A DNA stretch of 64,000 nt from Acidobacteriota bacterium. GTDB lineage: Bacteria; Acidobacteriota; Terriglobia; 2-12-FULL-54-10. The notes beneath the pieces are model-generated. The model searched no databases, was not told where the DNA came from, and saw only the letters and a list, made by a program, of their open reading frames with translations. The stretch covers positions 66,789 through 130,788 of the forward strand of contig JACPPJ010000030.1 of NCBI GenBank assembly GCA_016191085.1, in the 5' to 3' direction. Shown here piece by piece: positions 31,802-40,721 of the stretch (position 1 is its first letter; each line of letters opens with the position of its first letter). Position numbers and translations under genes: made by a program.

Positions 31802-34645
31802 TTAAAGTGGCTTTACATGGGACTCCCAGATCCGAGCATGCTCCGCCTCTAGTTCTTGCAGCTTCTTTCGGCGAGATGCTACGACGCTGCTTGGAGCTCT
31901 TGAAGTAAACTGCTCATTGCTTAGTTGCGCGTTTAGGGAATCTATTTCTCGTTTTATCCTGGTTTCCTCCCTCTCAAGCCGGGCGCGCTCAGCACTGACA
32001 TCGACTACATCCTTCAAAGGAATCATGATCGCGAACTCAGGAAGCGATCGTACCATCTTGTCGCCGATTACGGGGTTCGGTTGCGCGAGGATTTCCAAGA
32101 TGGGCAGTTGTTGACCTGGCGTTAAAGGTACCGGTTTTTCCTCAACTAGAGACGCAGGATCGGATGTGTCCCTCCAATTCAACTTCGATAGATTAGCCAA
32201 CTTCCGGATAGCATCCTCATGATCGTTGCACAACCCAATTACGTCAGGTTCTCTGGGATGCAAATCAATAGGGATTTTTCGGGTAACATCAACTCCGGAT
32301 TGCGCCCGACAATTCCGAATCTCAACGATTATTTTTTGCAGCAGATTCATCTCGCGCTCGGCGCTTTCATCGCGCAAAGCTGGGTCCTGCGCTGGGAACT
32401 GTGCCAGCGCGATGGACATCCTTCTCGGCGCGAGGCGTTGCCAGAGCTCTTCGGTGATGAACGGCATCATCGGATGCAGCAGCCGCAGTGCGGCGTCAAA
32501 GGCGCGGCAGAGATTATCGGCGGCCGTTGCAACCTGGGGGGAGGGCGCTGCTTCCCGTGCCGGGCCGGGAGGCCCGTCACTAATTAGCGCCAGCTTTTTC
32601 AGTTCTAGATACCAGTCGCAGAACTCATGCCAGAAGAAGTGATAAATAACGTGCGACGCTTCGTGGAAACGGAACGATTCGAGAGCCGACGAGATTTCCT
32701 GCGCCACCGAAGAAAGCCGTGAAAAGATCCAGCGATCTTCGAGGGGCAATGACGCGCTGTCCGACGACGCCGGCTTGTAGCTCTGGTCCGAGGGCGGAGT
32801 CCACGCAGGCACTCCGGCCTTCTCGATCGACATTGCTATGAACCGCGCCGCGTTCCAAATCTTGTTTGCGAAGGCGCGGTAGCTCTGCATGCGGTCTTCT
32901 GAAAGCGCAATGTCAGTGCCGGGCGCGGCCATGATCGCCAGCGTGAACCGCACCGCATCCGTTCCGTACTTATCCGTGACCTCCAGCGGGTCGATGACGT
33001 TGCCGCGAGTCTTGCTCATCTTTTGCTTGTCGGCGTCGCGCACCAGCGAGTGGATGTAAACGGTGCGGAATGGGACCGCATCGTCCGGCCGCTCGCGGAG
33101 CGGCCCCATGAACTTGATGCCCATCATCATCATCCTGGCGACCCAAAAAAACAGGATATCGAAGCCGGTGATCATCAGCGTGGTGGGATAGAACACCTCC
33201 AGGTCCTTCGTGCGCTCCGGCCAGCCCAACGTCGAGAACGGCCACAGGGCGGAGCTGAACCAGGTGTCGAGCACGTCCGTCTCCTGCACCGGTTTATCGT
33301 TCCCACACTTCGGACATTGCTGCGGCTCTTCACGCGCGACGATTACTTCATTGCACGACTTGCAATACCACGCCGGAATCCGGTGTCCCCACCAAAGCTG
33401 CCGCGAGATGCACCAGTCGTGAATGTTGTGCATCCAGTCGAAATAAATCTTGGTGTAGTTCTCCGGGACAAAGCGGGTGCGGCCTGCTTCCACGGCCTGA
33501 ATCGCGGCCTCGGCGAGCGGCTTCACTTTGACGAACCACTGCGTGGAGAGGCGCGGCTCCACCGGCGTCTTGCAACGCTGGCAGCGGCCTAAAGCAAGTG
33601 GGTATGGCTCGATCTTCTCCATCAAGCCTTGCGATTCCAGGTCCGCGAGGACGCGCTTGCGCGCTTCAAAGCGGTCCAGCCCCGCGTACGCGCCGGCGTT
33701 CTGGTTCATCTTGCCGGTCTCATCCATCACGTCAATCTGCGGCAGGTTGTGCCGCAGCCCCGCCTGGAAATCATTCGCATCGTGCGCCGGTGTGACTTTC
33801 ACCACGCCGGTCCCGAAAGCCGGATCGGCGAGCTCATCCGTGATGAACGGGATCTCCCGATTCATCAACGGCAGACGAACGGACCGCCCGTGGAACTTCG
33901 TGTAGCGCTCGTCGGCAGGATTTACCGCCACAGCCGTATCACCCAGCATCGTCTCGGGACGCGTGGTCGCCACCACGACGTATTCAGTAGGAACGGGCCT
34001 CCCGGCCCGTCCTTCTTCACTACCGATTACCGGATATCGGATGTGGTAAAGATGTCCGGCCTGCTCTTCGTGGACCACTTCGAGGTCAGAAATCGCCGTC
34101 TGGCAGCGCGGGCACCAGTTGACGATGTACTTGCCGCGATAGATCAGGCCTTCTTCATAGAGCCGGACAAACACCTCGCGCACGGCGCGCGAGAGGCCGG
34201 GGTCGAGCGTAAAGCGCTCGCGCGACCAGTCGCACGAAGCGCCCAGACGAATCATCTGATTTTTGATGGTGTCGCCGCTCTGCTGCTTCCATGCCCAGAT
34301 TTTCTTCTCGAACGCCTCGCGGCCCAATTGGCGACGGTCGAGACCCTGCTCGGCGAGTTGGCGCTCGACTACCATTTGCGTCGCGATCCCGGCATGATCG
34401 GTCCCCGGCAGCCATAGCGTATTGAAGCCCAGCATCCGCTTCCACCGGATGATGATGTCGATTTCGGTGTGCTCCAGCATGTGTCCCATGTGGAGCGACC
34501 CGGTGACGTTCGGCGGCGGAATCACGAGCGAAAACATGGGCCGGTCGGAGTCGGCATCGGCCTGGAACAGCCGCTCCTCCACCCACTTGCGAGCCCACTG
34601 CGGCTCGATTTCTGAGGGGTGATAAACTTTCGGAATCTCAGCCAT
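31802..34645 (-). CDS. valS: Valine--tRNA ligase
   Basis: HIGH motif (PNVTGSLHMGH), KMSKS motif (KMSKTRGN), an editing domain and a C-terminal coiled-coil. 947 aa. Confidence 0.95.
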   Translation of the reverse strand: MAEIPKVYHPSEIEPQWARKWVEERLFQADADSDRPMFSLVIPPPNVTGSLHMGHMLEHTEIDIIIRWKRMLGFNTLWLPGTDHAGIATQMVVERQLAEQGLDRRQLGREAFEKKIWAWKQQSGDTIKNQMIRLGASCDWSRERFTLDPGLSRAVREVFVRLYEEGLIYRGKYIVNWCPRCQTAISDLEVVHEEQAGHLYHIRYPVIGSEEGRAGRPVPTEYVVVATTRPETMLGDTAVAVNPADERYTKFHGRSVRLPLMNREIPFITDELADPAFGTGVVKVTPAHDANDFQAGLRHNLPQIDVMDETGKMNQNAGAYAGLDRFEARKRVLADLESQGLMEKIEPYPLALGRCQRCKTPVEPRLSTQWFVKVKPLAEAAIQAVEAGRTRFVPENYTKIYFDWMHNIHDWCISRQLWWGHRIPAWYCKSCNEVIVAREEPQQCPKCGNDKPVQETDVLDTWFSSALWPFSTLGWPERTKDLEVFYPTTLMITGFDILFFWVARMMMMGIKFMGPLRERPDDAVPFRTVYIHSLVRDADKQKMSKTRGNVIDPLEVTDKYGTDAVRFTLAIMAAPGTDIALSEDRMQSYRAFANKIWNAARFIAMSIEKAGVPAWTPPSDQSYKPASSDSASLPLEDRWIFSRLSSVAQEISSALESFRFHEASHVIYHFFWHEFCDWYLELKKLALISDGPPGPAREAAPSPQVATAADNLCRAFDAALRLLHPMMPFITEELWQRLAPRRMSIALAQFPAQDPALRDESAEREMNLLQKIIVEIRNCRAQSGVDVTRKIPIDLHPREPDVIGLCNDHEDAIRKLANLSKLNWRDTSDPASLVEEKPVPLTPGQQLPILEILAQPNPVIGDKMVRSLPEFAIMIPLKDVVDVSAERARLEREETRIKREIDSLNAQLSNEQFTSRAPSSVVASRRKKLQELEAEHARIWESHVKPL

Positions 34646-34859
34646 ACAGGGTTTGAGTGTACCGTCCGATGCGCAGAGGCGTCAATTGCAGCCAGTGGAT
34701 TCGCGCTTGAAATTCATTCGGGCAGGAGATATCGTTTGATTTCGGCAACGCTCCTTATGGAACATAAAGACGTTAATCGAAGAATTTCAGGATCTCCTGG
34801 CACCTAAGCTCGACGTATACGAGCAAGCCCTCTACCTTTACATTCTCCGACACAGCCGC

Positions 34860-35444
34860 TTGCAGGGACACCACGAGGTGACCATTGGTTTTAGATCCGC
34901 CCGTCGAACAATGGCATTCGGCGTGGACGAAAAAGGCAAACCTATGGCGGACAACACGTGCTATGAAAAGCTGCAGTCCCTCAAAGCAAAAGGCTGTGTT
35001 CAGATTCTCGGGACCGAGCGCGATGGCACAAAGTTACGCCTGTTTCTCCCATCCGAAATTGAAGGCCTGATCCCGCCGGAGCAGATTCCTGAAGTCTTGA
35101 GCATCGAAGAGATGGATTTTTTTGACATTGCGGAGAATCGTCCAGCGATTCTTAATAGAGAGGGCAATAAATGTTTTTATTGTCGGCGCGTCGTCGACTC
35201 ATCCAATTACGTTATTGAGCATGTGGCATCTCGCCCGGATGGAAACAACAGTTATCGAAATCTAGTGGCCGCATGCCGTAATTGCAACAACCGCAAAGGC
35301 AGTACTCCGGCCGAAGATTTTCTTCGAGGCTTATACCGGGAGTGTTTTTTAGGGTCTGAGGAGTTCGAGGATCGTCTTGCCGCATTGGAGCTTCTCAGAA
35401 CTGGTCAGCTTAAGCCGAGTTTAAAGGTTCACCAACCCGGCTAG
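34860..35444 (+). CDS. HNH endonuclease with N-terminal wHTH-like region
   Basis: CFYCRRV...IEHV...NLVAACRNCNNRKG is a CxxC...H...N...CxxC HNH motif. The frame is open from 34740 and looks coding there, but the first in-frame canonical start is the TTG at 34860. Confidence 0.8.
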   Translation: MQGHHEVTIGFRSARRTMAFGVDEKGKPMADNTCYEKLQSLKAKGCVQILGTERDGTKLRLFLPSEIEGLIPPEQIPEVLSIEEMDFFDIAENRPAILNREGNKCFYCRRVVDSSNYVIEHVASRPDGNNSYRNLVAACRNCNNRKGSTPAEDFLRGLYRECFLGSEEFEDRLAALELLRTGQLKPSLKVHQPG

Positions 35445-35467
35445 CACTTGTCGTATAATCTTTCCCC

Positions 35468-35974
35468 ATGGAACTCAACGAGCAAACGCTGGAACAAATC
35501 CTCATCCGTCAGCGGGAAGAGTATCAGGAGCATCTGGATGAAGTCCGCGGCGATTTGAGGCAGTACGTTGACAAAGCCTCCGAGGAAAACCGCCTCCATA
35601 TGGGCGTCCTGACGGAGGGTTTGCGCTCAGATCTCAAACTGATCGCCGAAGCCCAAGTGGGCCTTCGAGAACAGCTATTGGAACAGCGGGAGGTATTCCA
35701 ACGATCCTTGAACGTCCTAGCCGAGGATTTGGGAAGCGCCATTAAACACCTCTCGGAAATCCTGCAGGGCATTCAAAAAGGATTGATGGCCCTCCGCAAC
35801 TTGGTGGCGAAGAACACGGAAGACATCGAAATGATGAAAACTGATTTAGAGGTCATCAAGGCCGAACTCTCTATAATTCGCCGGGATTTAAAAGAAAAGG
35901 CCGGCCGCGATGAACTGGCAGTCCTGGAAGCACGGGTCGCGAAGCTGGAAATGAGTCAACGTTCTCGGCTTTGA
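35468..35974 (+). CDS. Coiled-coil hypothetical protein (168 aa)
   Basis: Heptad-rich, Glu/Leu/Lys/Arg-rich ORF 24 nt downstream of the HNH gene, in low-GC sequence. No catalytic motif seen. Confidence 0.5.
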   Translation: MELNEQTLEQILIRQREEYQEHLDEVRGDLRQYVDKASEENRLHMGVLTEGLRSDLKLIAEAQVGLREQLLEQREVFQRSLNVLAEDLGSAIKHLSEILQGIQKGLMALRNLVAKNTEDIEMMKTDLEVIKAELSIIRRDLKEKAGRDELAVLEARVAKLEMSQRSRL

Positions 35975-36001
35975 CGAAACGCTCGCTATGGCGATGCTCT
36001 G

Positions 36002-37417
36002 TTACCGATCTCCCGGCCTTCTCTTATTCCACTCGGTGGCTTGCTCGTAGGCGTAACCCGCCTGAAGGACTGTTGCTTCATCCCAGAGTTTGCCCACGAT
36101 CTGCAGACCGATGGGCAAAGCGTCGCTGTCAAAGCCGCAGCAGACCGATAGCGCCGGGTGGCCTGAGGCATTGAACGGGCGTGTCAGGCGCGTGCCGGCG
36201 ATGCGTGCGCCTTCCTGCTGGCCGCCTACCGTGACTGTGGTCATCTCGAACGGAAACGCTGTGATTGCGGTCGTAGGCGTTAGGATGAGGTCCACGCGCT
36301 GCAAGAGTTCTTCCAGTGCTCGCCGAATTTTCTGCCTCACGAGTTGCGCTCTGATGTAGTCGGTGGCGGTGACCTGCGTGCCTTGTTCGATTAGAAGGCG
36401 TACATCGTCGCCGATGTCGCCGGGGCGCTCTTCCAGATGTTGTTTGTGCAAATGATAGGCTTCAGCGAGAAGCGAGATGCGGCCCGCTTCGGTCAGATCA
36501 GCCAACCCCGCTAGGGAAACGGATGTGACTGACGCGCCAAGAGTCCTCAGTACGCGCGCGGCCTCTCGGACGGAGCGCTCTACCTCCGGCTGCAGGCGCT
36601 CGAAGAAGTAGTCTTCGAGAACGCCGATGCGCAGGCCCTTAATACTGCCGCCGAGCCGCACTTCATCGAACGGGCGGTCCACGGAAAGATCATCTTGGGG
36701 ATCGTAACCAGCGATGGCGCGATAAACAATGGCTACATCCTGCACCGACCGCGCCAATGGACCGACGTGGTCCATGGTATAGCCGAGCGGGTAAACGCCG
36801 TAGGAGCTCACGCGGCCGAAAGTAGGCTTCAGACCGGCTACCCCGCAAAACGACGCGGGGATGCGGACGGAGCCGCCGGTGTCGGTGCCTAGGGCGGAGA
36901 ACGCCATCCCGGTCGCTACAGCCACCGCCGAGCCGCCGCTCGAACCGCCGGGAGTACGCTCGGGAGCCCACGGGTTGCGAGTGAAACCGTAATGTGGGTT
37001 GTTGTTGACCATTCCGTAGGCAAACTCGTGCAGCGCAGTCTTGCCCAGCAGCACTGCGCCGGCATTGCGCAACTTTTCGACGGCGGTCGCGTCGAACTCC
37101 GGCACGAAGTCGGCCAGAATCTTCGATCCCGCCGTGGTGCGGATGCCGCGCGTGTAGAACAGGTCCTTGACCGCTACGGGAATGCCGTGCAGAGGGCCAC
37201 GGTAATTGCCGGCCATAATCTCGGATTCAGCAGTGCGGGCCTGCTGCTCGGCGAATTCTGCCGTCACAGTAATGAATGCGTTCAGACGCGGATTGAGTTC
37301 CGCGATTTTCTCGAGAGCCTGGGCGGTCAACTCAACCGGGGAAACTTTGCGGCTTTGCAACAGAGACGCCGCATCCGCGATAGTCATTTCAGAAAACGAT
37401 TGGGCAGCCTTGTTCAA
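36002..37417 (-). CDS. Amidase-signature enzyme (GatA-like amidase)
   Basis: GGSSGGSAVAVATG signature and the Ser-cisSer-Lys family layout. No gatB or gatC nearby. Confidence 0.85.
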   Translation of the reverse strand: MNKAAQSFSEMTIADAASLLQSRKVSPVELTAQALEKIAELNPRLNAFITVTAEFAEQQARTAESEIMAGNYRGPLHGIPVAVKDLFYTRGIRTTAGSKILADFVPEFDATAVEKLRNAGAVLLGKTALHEFAYGMVNNNPHYGFTRNPWAPERTPGGSSGGSAVAVATGMAFSALGTDTGGSVRIPASFCGVAGLKPTFGRVSSYGVYPLGYTMDHVGPLARSVQDVAIVYRAIAGYDPQDDLSVDRPFDEVRLGGSIKGLRIGVLEDYFFERLQPEVERSVREAARVLRTLGASVTSVSLAGLADLTEAGRISLLAEAYHLHKQHLEERPGDIGDDVRLLIEQGTQVTATDYIRAQLVRQKIRRALEELLQRVDLILTPTTAITAFPFEMTTVTVGGQQEGARIAGTRLTRPFNASGHPALSVCCGFDSDALPIGLQIVGKLWDEATVLQAGYAYEQATEWNKRRPGDR

Positions 37418-37471
37418 TGTGCGTTGTCTCCTGGCTGGTGTTAGTGGACAAGCAGGACGCGGGTGGACGCG

Positions 37472-38701
37472 CTAAGCTTTCCTGAAGAATTCCATTGCAG
37501 CGAAGCTGACCACTGACTCTTCGTCGATATTCCACTGCTCGTATTTCAACACGTTCGCGCGGACGCCGGGCACGACCTTGAGAAAAGTATAGAGCGGAGC
37601 AAAGCCGCACCAGCGCAGTGCGTCTCGTTGAGGCGTTACCAGTTCGAGAAAACCGCTGCGATCACCTTCGCAGATGCGGTCCAGCCGCGCGCGATCCTGC
37701 TGTTGCACCTCCGCCATGCGGCCGCGATCGGCGACAGCCGCAAAGTCGTCGCCATAGCGTCGGCCGATGTGCGTGAGGTCGATACCGAGAACCCAAAACA
37801 GACGCGATGCTTTGAGCGCGGCGAGTTCGCCGAGAGCATCAAAGAACCGCCGGACGCCTTCGTGAGATTCCGGCGCCTCGCCTGTCAACAGAGCTTGCAG
37901 AAACGGTCCGCAAAGGATCGGCAGCACCCGCAGTTGCGGTCCCAGGATGTGCTGCAGAAACAAACATTGGAACTCAATGGAATGCTCGATGGAATGACAG
38001 TAGTCTTCCATGAGTATTGAATTCGGCGCTCGCTGCTCCAGCCAGTCCACCAGAGTAGTGTCGGTTTGTAGACTCCCCATTGGCGTGATGAACGGCTTGC
38101 GAGTCAGCCCGAACTTCTCCGGCTCGCCGTAATGCGAGGTGCCCAGAATCACAAATGTTTTTTCTGCCAAATTTGGTGTGAGCCTCGCATAGGCTCTGGC
38201 GTACGATTTCCATCCACCAAAAAGGCTCACGTGAGGCGCGGCAATCGCTGTCAATTCCGGCGCGTCTTTGTGCCCATCAGCGCCCGTCATATATTCCATA
38301 AACTGGTGGCGGAGACTTTCAGAGTCGGCTGGGTAGCCTGTGCCTGCGTGCGCGGGATGGCGTTCTGAGCAATCGCGGAACACCGAGCGCCGTGCCTGTC
38401 GCATGGCTTCGAACTTTTCTGTCCGAAGGAACCCCTGGTCATCGAGAGTTTTGACGAGGTCGTGAACCACTTGTGAGGGCACGATCTGCCCGATTCGCCG
38501 CGTCAGAAAATCCTGGAGTTCGAGCGGCGACTTTTGGCCATCGAGAAATGCCAGCGCAGGCATGAGCACCGGAGGGATGATCAGAATGGTCTCGGAGTAA
38601 CGATAAGGATCGCGTATCAGCAGCCCCGGCTGTTCGGGCGCGGGAGACGGCATCACCTCAATGTCGTTGCGTAACGGGGGCAACGGATTATACATAGTCA
38701 C
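37472..38701 (-). CDS. Memo-like protein (AmmeMemoRadiSam system protein B family) with ~105-aa N-terminal extension
   Basis: Core region HPAHAGTGYP...AIAAPHVSLFGGW...LGTSHY...GIDLTHIG matches the Memo/LigB-like pattern. At 409 aa it is longer than the usual ~270-300 aa. Confidence 0.75.
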   Translation of the reverse strand: MTMYNPLPPLRNDIEVMPSPAPEQPGLLIRDPYRYSETILIIPPVLMPALAFLDGQKSPLELQDFLTRRIGQIVPSQVVHDLVKTLDDQGFLRTEKFEAMRQARRSVFRDCSERHPAHAGTGYPADSESLRHQFMEYMTGADGHKDAPELTAIAAPHVSLFGGWKSYARAYARLTPNLAEKTFVILGTSHYGEPEKFGLTRKPFITPMGSLQTDTTLVDWLEQRAPNSILMEDYCHSIEHSIEFQCLFLQHILGPQLRVLPILCGPFLQALLTGEAPESHEGVRRFFDALGELAALKASRLFWVLGIDLTHIGRRYGDDFAAVADRGRMAEVQQQDRARLDRICEGDRSGFLELVTPQRDALRWCGFAPLYTFLKVVPGVRANVLKYEQWNIDEESVVSFAAMEFFRKA

Positions 38702-38734
38702 ATTCTATCCTGAAACTGCGGATGACTCCTCAGC

Positions 38735-39535
38735 GTGCTAAAATGCAAGACCATGGCAGCCAGCATGACACGCGAGCAAATGCAGCAGAACATTAATGAT
38801 CTCGGTCCCTGGTTTTACGAGTTCGACTTCGGCGACGGCCTCAAAACCAACTCCGCGATTCCCGCCACGGTCACTCAGATTTTCAGTACCCGCCTGCAAA
38901 TGGTGAATGAAATTGTGGATAGTCACTTCGGCGGCAGGTTGACGGAGATCAGTTGTATAGACGTCGGGTGTCACGAAGGCTTCTACTCCATCGCCATGGG
39001 GAAGAAAGGTGTCGCCAGGATCACCGGCGTGGATGTGCGAGAGGACAGCCTACGCCGGGCACGGTTCGCAGCGGCGGCGATGGGATTTCCTCAGATTGTT
39101 TTTCGCCACGGCAATTGCGAGCAGCTTCGCGCCGAAGATGTTGGCCAGCATGAACTGACGTTGTTCCTTGGACTGCTGTACCACCTCGAAAATCCAATGC
39201 TGTGTTTGCGCAATGTCAGCAGCATCACCCAAGAACTTTGTATCTGCGAGACGCAGGTGATTGATGAAGTCGAAGGCACCACCGAATGGGGATCGCGCGA
39301 GTGGACGCGCCCTTACCAGGGCGCGCTGGCGCTGATCGATGAATCGGGCGAGTTCTACAACGACAACCGAGAGACAGGTAGCACGCCGCTCGCGACCTGC
39401 CCATCACCCAAGGCGCTTGTGACCATGCTGCGCCACGCCGGTTTCAGAAAAGTTGATATCGTGACGCCGCCACCCGGCGCATACGAACAGCACGCGCGTG
39501 GCAAGCGGGTAGTCTGCGCGGCGTATAAGAAATAA
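38735..39535 (+). CDS. Class I SAM-dependent methyltransferase
   Basis: Motif I CIDVGCHEGFYS plus downstream acidic motifs. The likely start is an ATG slightly downstream (MAASMTREQ). Confidence 0.75.
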   Translation: MLKCKTMAASMTREQMQQNINDLGPWFYEFDFGDGLKTNSAIPATVTQIFSTRLQMVNEIVDSHFGGRLTEISCIDVGCHEGFYSIAMGKKGVARITGVDVREDSLRRARFAAAAMGFPQIVFRHGNCEQLRAEDVGQHELTLFLGLLYHLENPMLCLRNVSSITQELCICETQVIDEVEGTTEWGSREWTRPYQGALALIDESGEFYNDNRETGSTPLATCPSPKALVTMLRHAGFRKVDIVTPPPGAYEQHARGKRVVCAAYKK

Positions 39536-40102
39536 CGGAGGGTATCTACTTTACACAATCTGTAACCGGGGGCTGACTGTTGCTCTTGTGTTTTAGCGCC
39601 TAGAAGATCTCGGCCTAGGATTACGCACCGGGTGCGATTTATGGGACGTGGCGATCCAAGGACCAGAGTCGGTTTCCTTATAGACTCCCACACGCTGGTG
39701 ACATACATCACAGGTTCCGACCATCCGCTGCTCATCTACGTCGATGAGTCTTCCACCGAGTTGACTGCCACGGCATGGTGGATTTGATCGTGCCATGTGT
39801 GCGCCTGCCCTGGCCTTTTATTCAAAGTCCTTGTCTTTCTTCCCCCACTCCATCTCAGCGAGCTCCAATGCAGATAGAGAGTGCCTCTCGGTCTGGCGGT
39901 CTTATCGTTAGGATTCTCGAAACGTCGTGGAGAAGCGCTCTTATTTCGACGAGGAGAGCGATAACAAAGAAAAACCCCACGCAAATCAGGATCAACAGCC
40001 AATCGACTAACGTCAGGTCCTTGAGAAAGTCCCTCGCCAGACCCCGTACGTCTTAGGATCTCGTTCGGCGAATAAGTCAGCCGGACTGCGTCGCTTTCGT
40101 CG

Positions 40103-40669
40103 TTATATCGTTGGAGGAAACAGGTCGTCCACGCTCATGGTCCAGCCTGGTACGGCGGGTTCGGCTTCTGCTACCTCGCCACGTCGGTAAATGGTTGGCG
40201 TAGCAGGCTCGGTGGAGCGATATACTCGCACGATTTCTGCACTCGTCAAGTTCACATCCCAAACGACCATGGTTCCGGCGGCAAAATAATCCGCGCGTTT
40301 GCTCGCCATCTCTCGTTCGGCTTCCGGGCCGTAATCGCCTTCGCTCCTCACCTCGACGGCAAAGACGGGCGCGCCCTCCAAGAACTTCATACTCAACTCA
40401 CCAACGTAAAAAGCTGCATCAGGACAGAACGATTTGCGGTGGGGCAAGTTGACAATGTATCCGACATTGTCGCCGAGCGCGTAGCCCCGTCGAGTGGTGC
40501 GCCGTTCATAACCTGTTAGACTGATCAAAATCTGACGCGCCGCGTAGCTTGGCAAACCTCCGGTGGGGGACATGAGGACCACTTCTCCATTGACCAGTTC
40601 AGCTTTCCCGCGGACCCGGTAAAGATCGTCAATCGTGGCTTCCGGTTTGGCACGCATATGGGATGCCAT
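40103..40669 (-). CDS. Uma2-family (DUF820) PD-(D/E)xK putative endonuclease
   Basis: Pattern ...[14 protein letters not shown]...PDAAFY...[12 protein letters not shown]... is typical of Uma2 proteins. Confidence 0.8.
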   Translation of the reverse strand: MASHMRAKPEATIDDLYRVRGKAELVNGEVVLMSPTGGLPSYAARQILISLTGYERRTTRRGYALGDNVGYIVNLPHRKSFCPDAAFYVGELSMKFLEGAPVFAVEVRSEGDYGPEAEREMASKRADYFAAGTMVVWDVNLTSAEIVRVYRSTEPATPTIYRRGEVAEAEPAVPGWTMSVDDLFPPTI

Positions 40670-40721
40670 TGTCTGAATCCTTGGATCGCGCCCGGACTAG
40701 AGCGCGATCCGGAGATACAAC

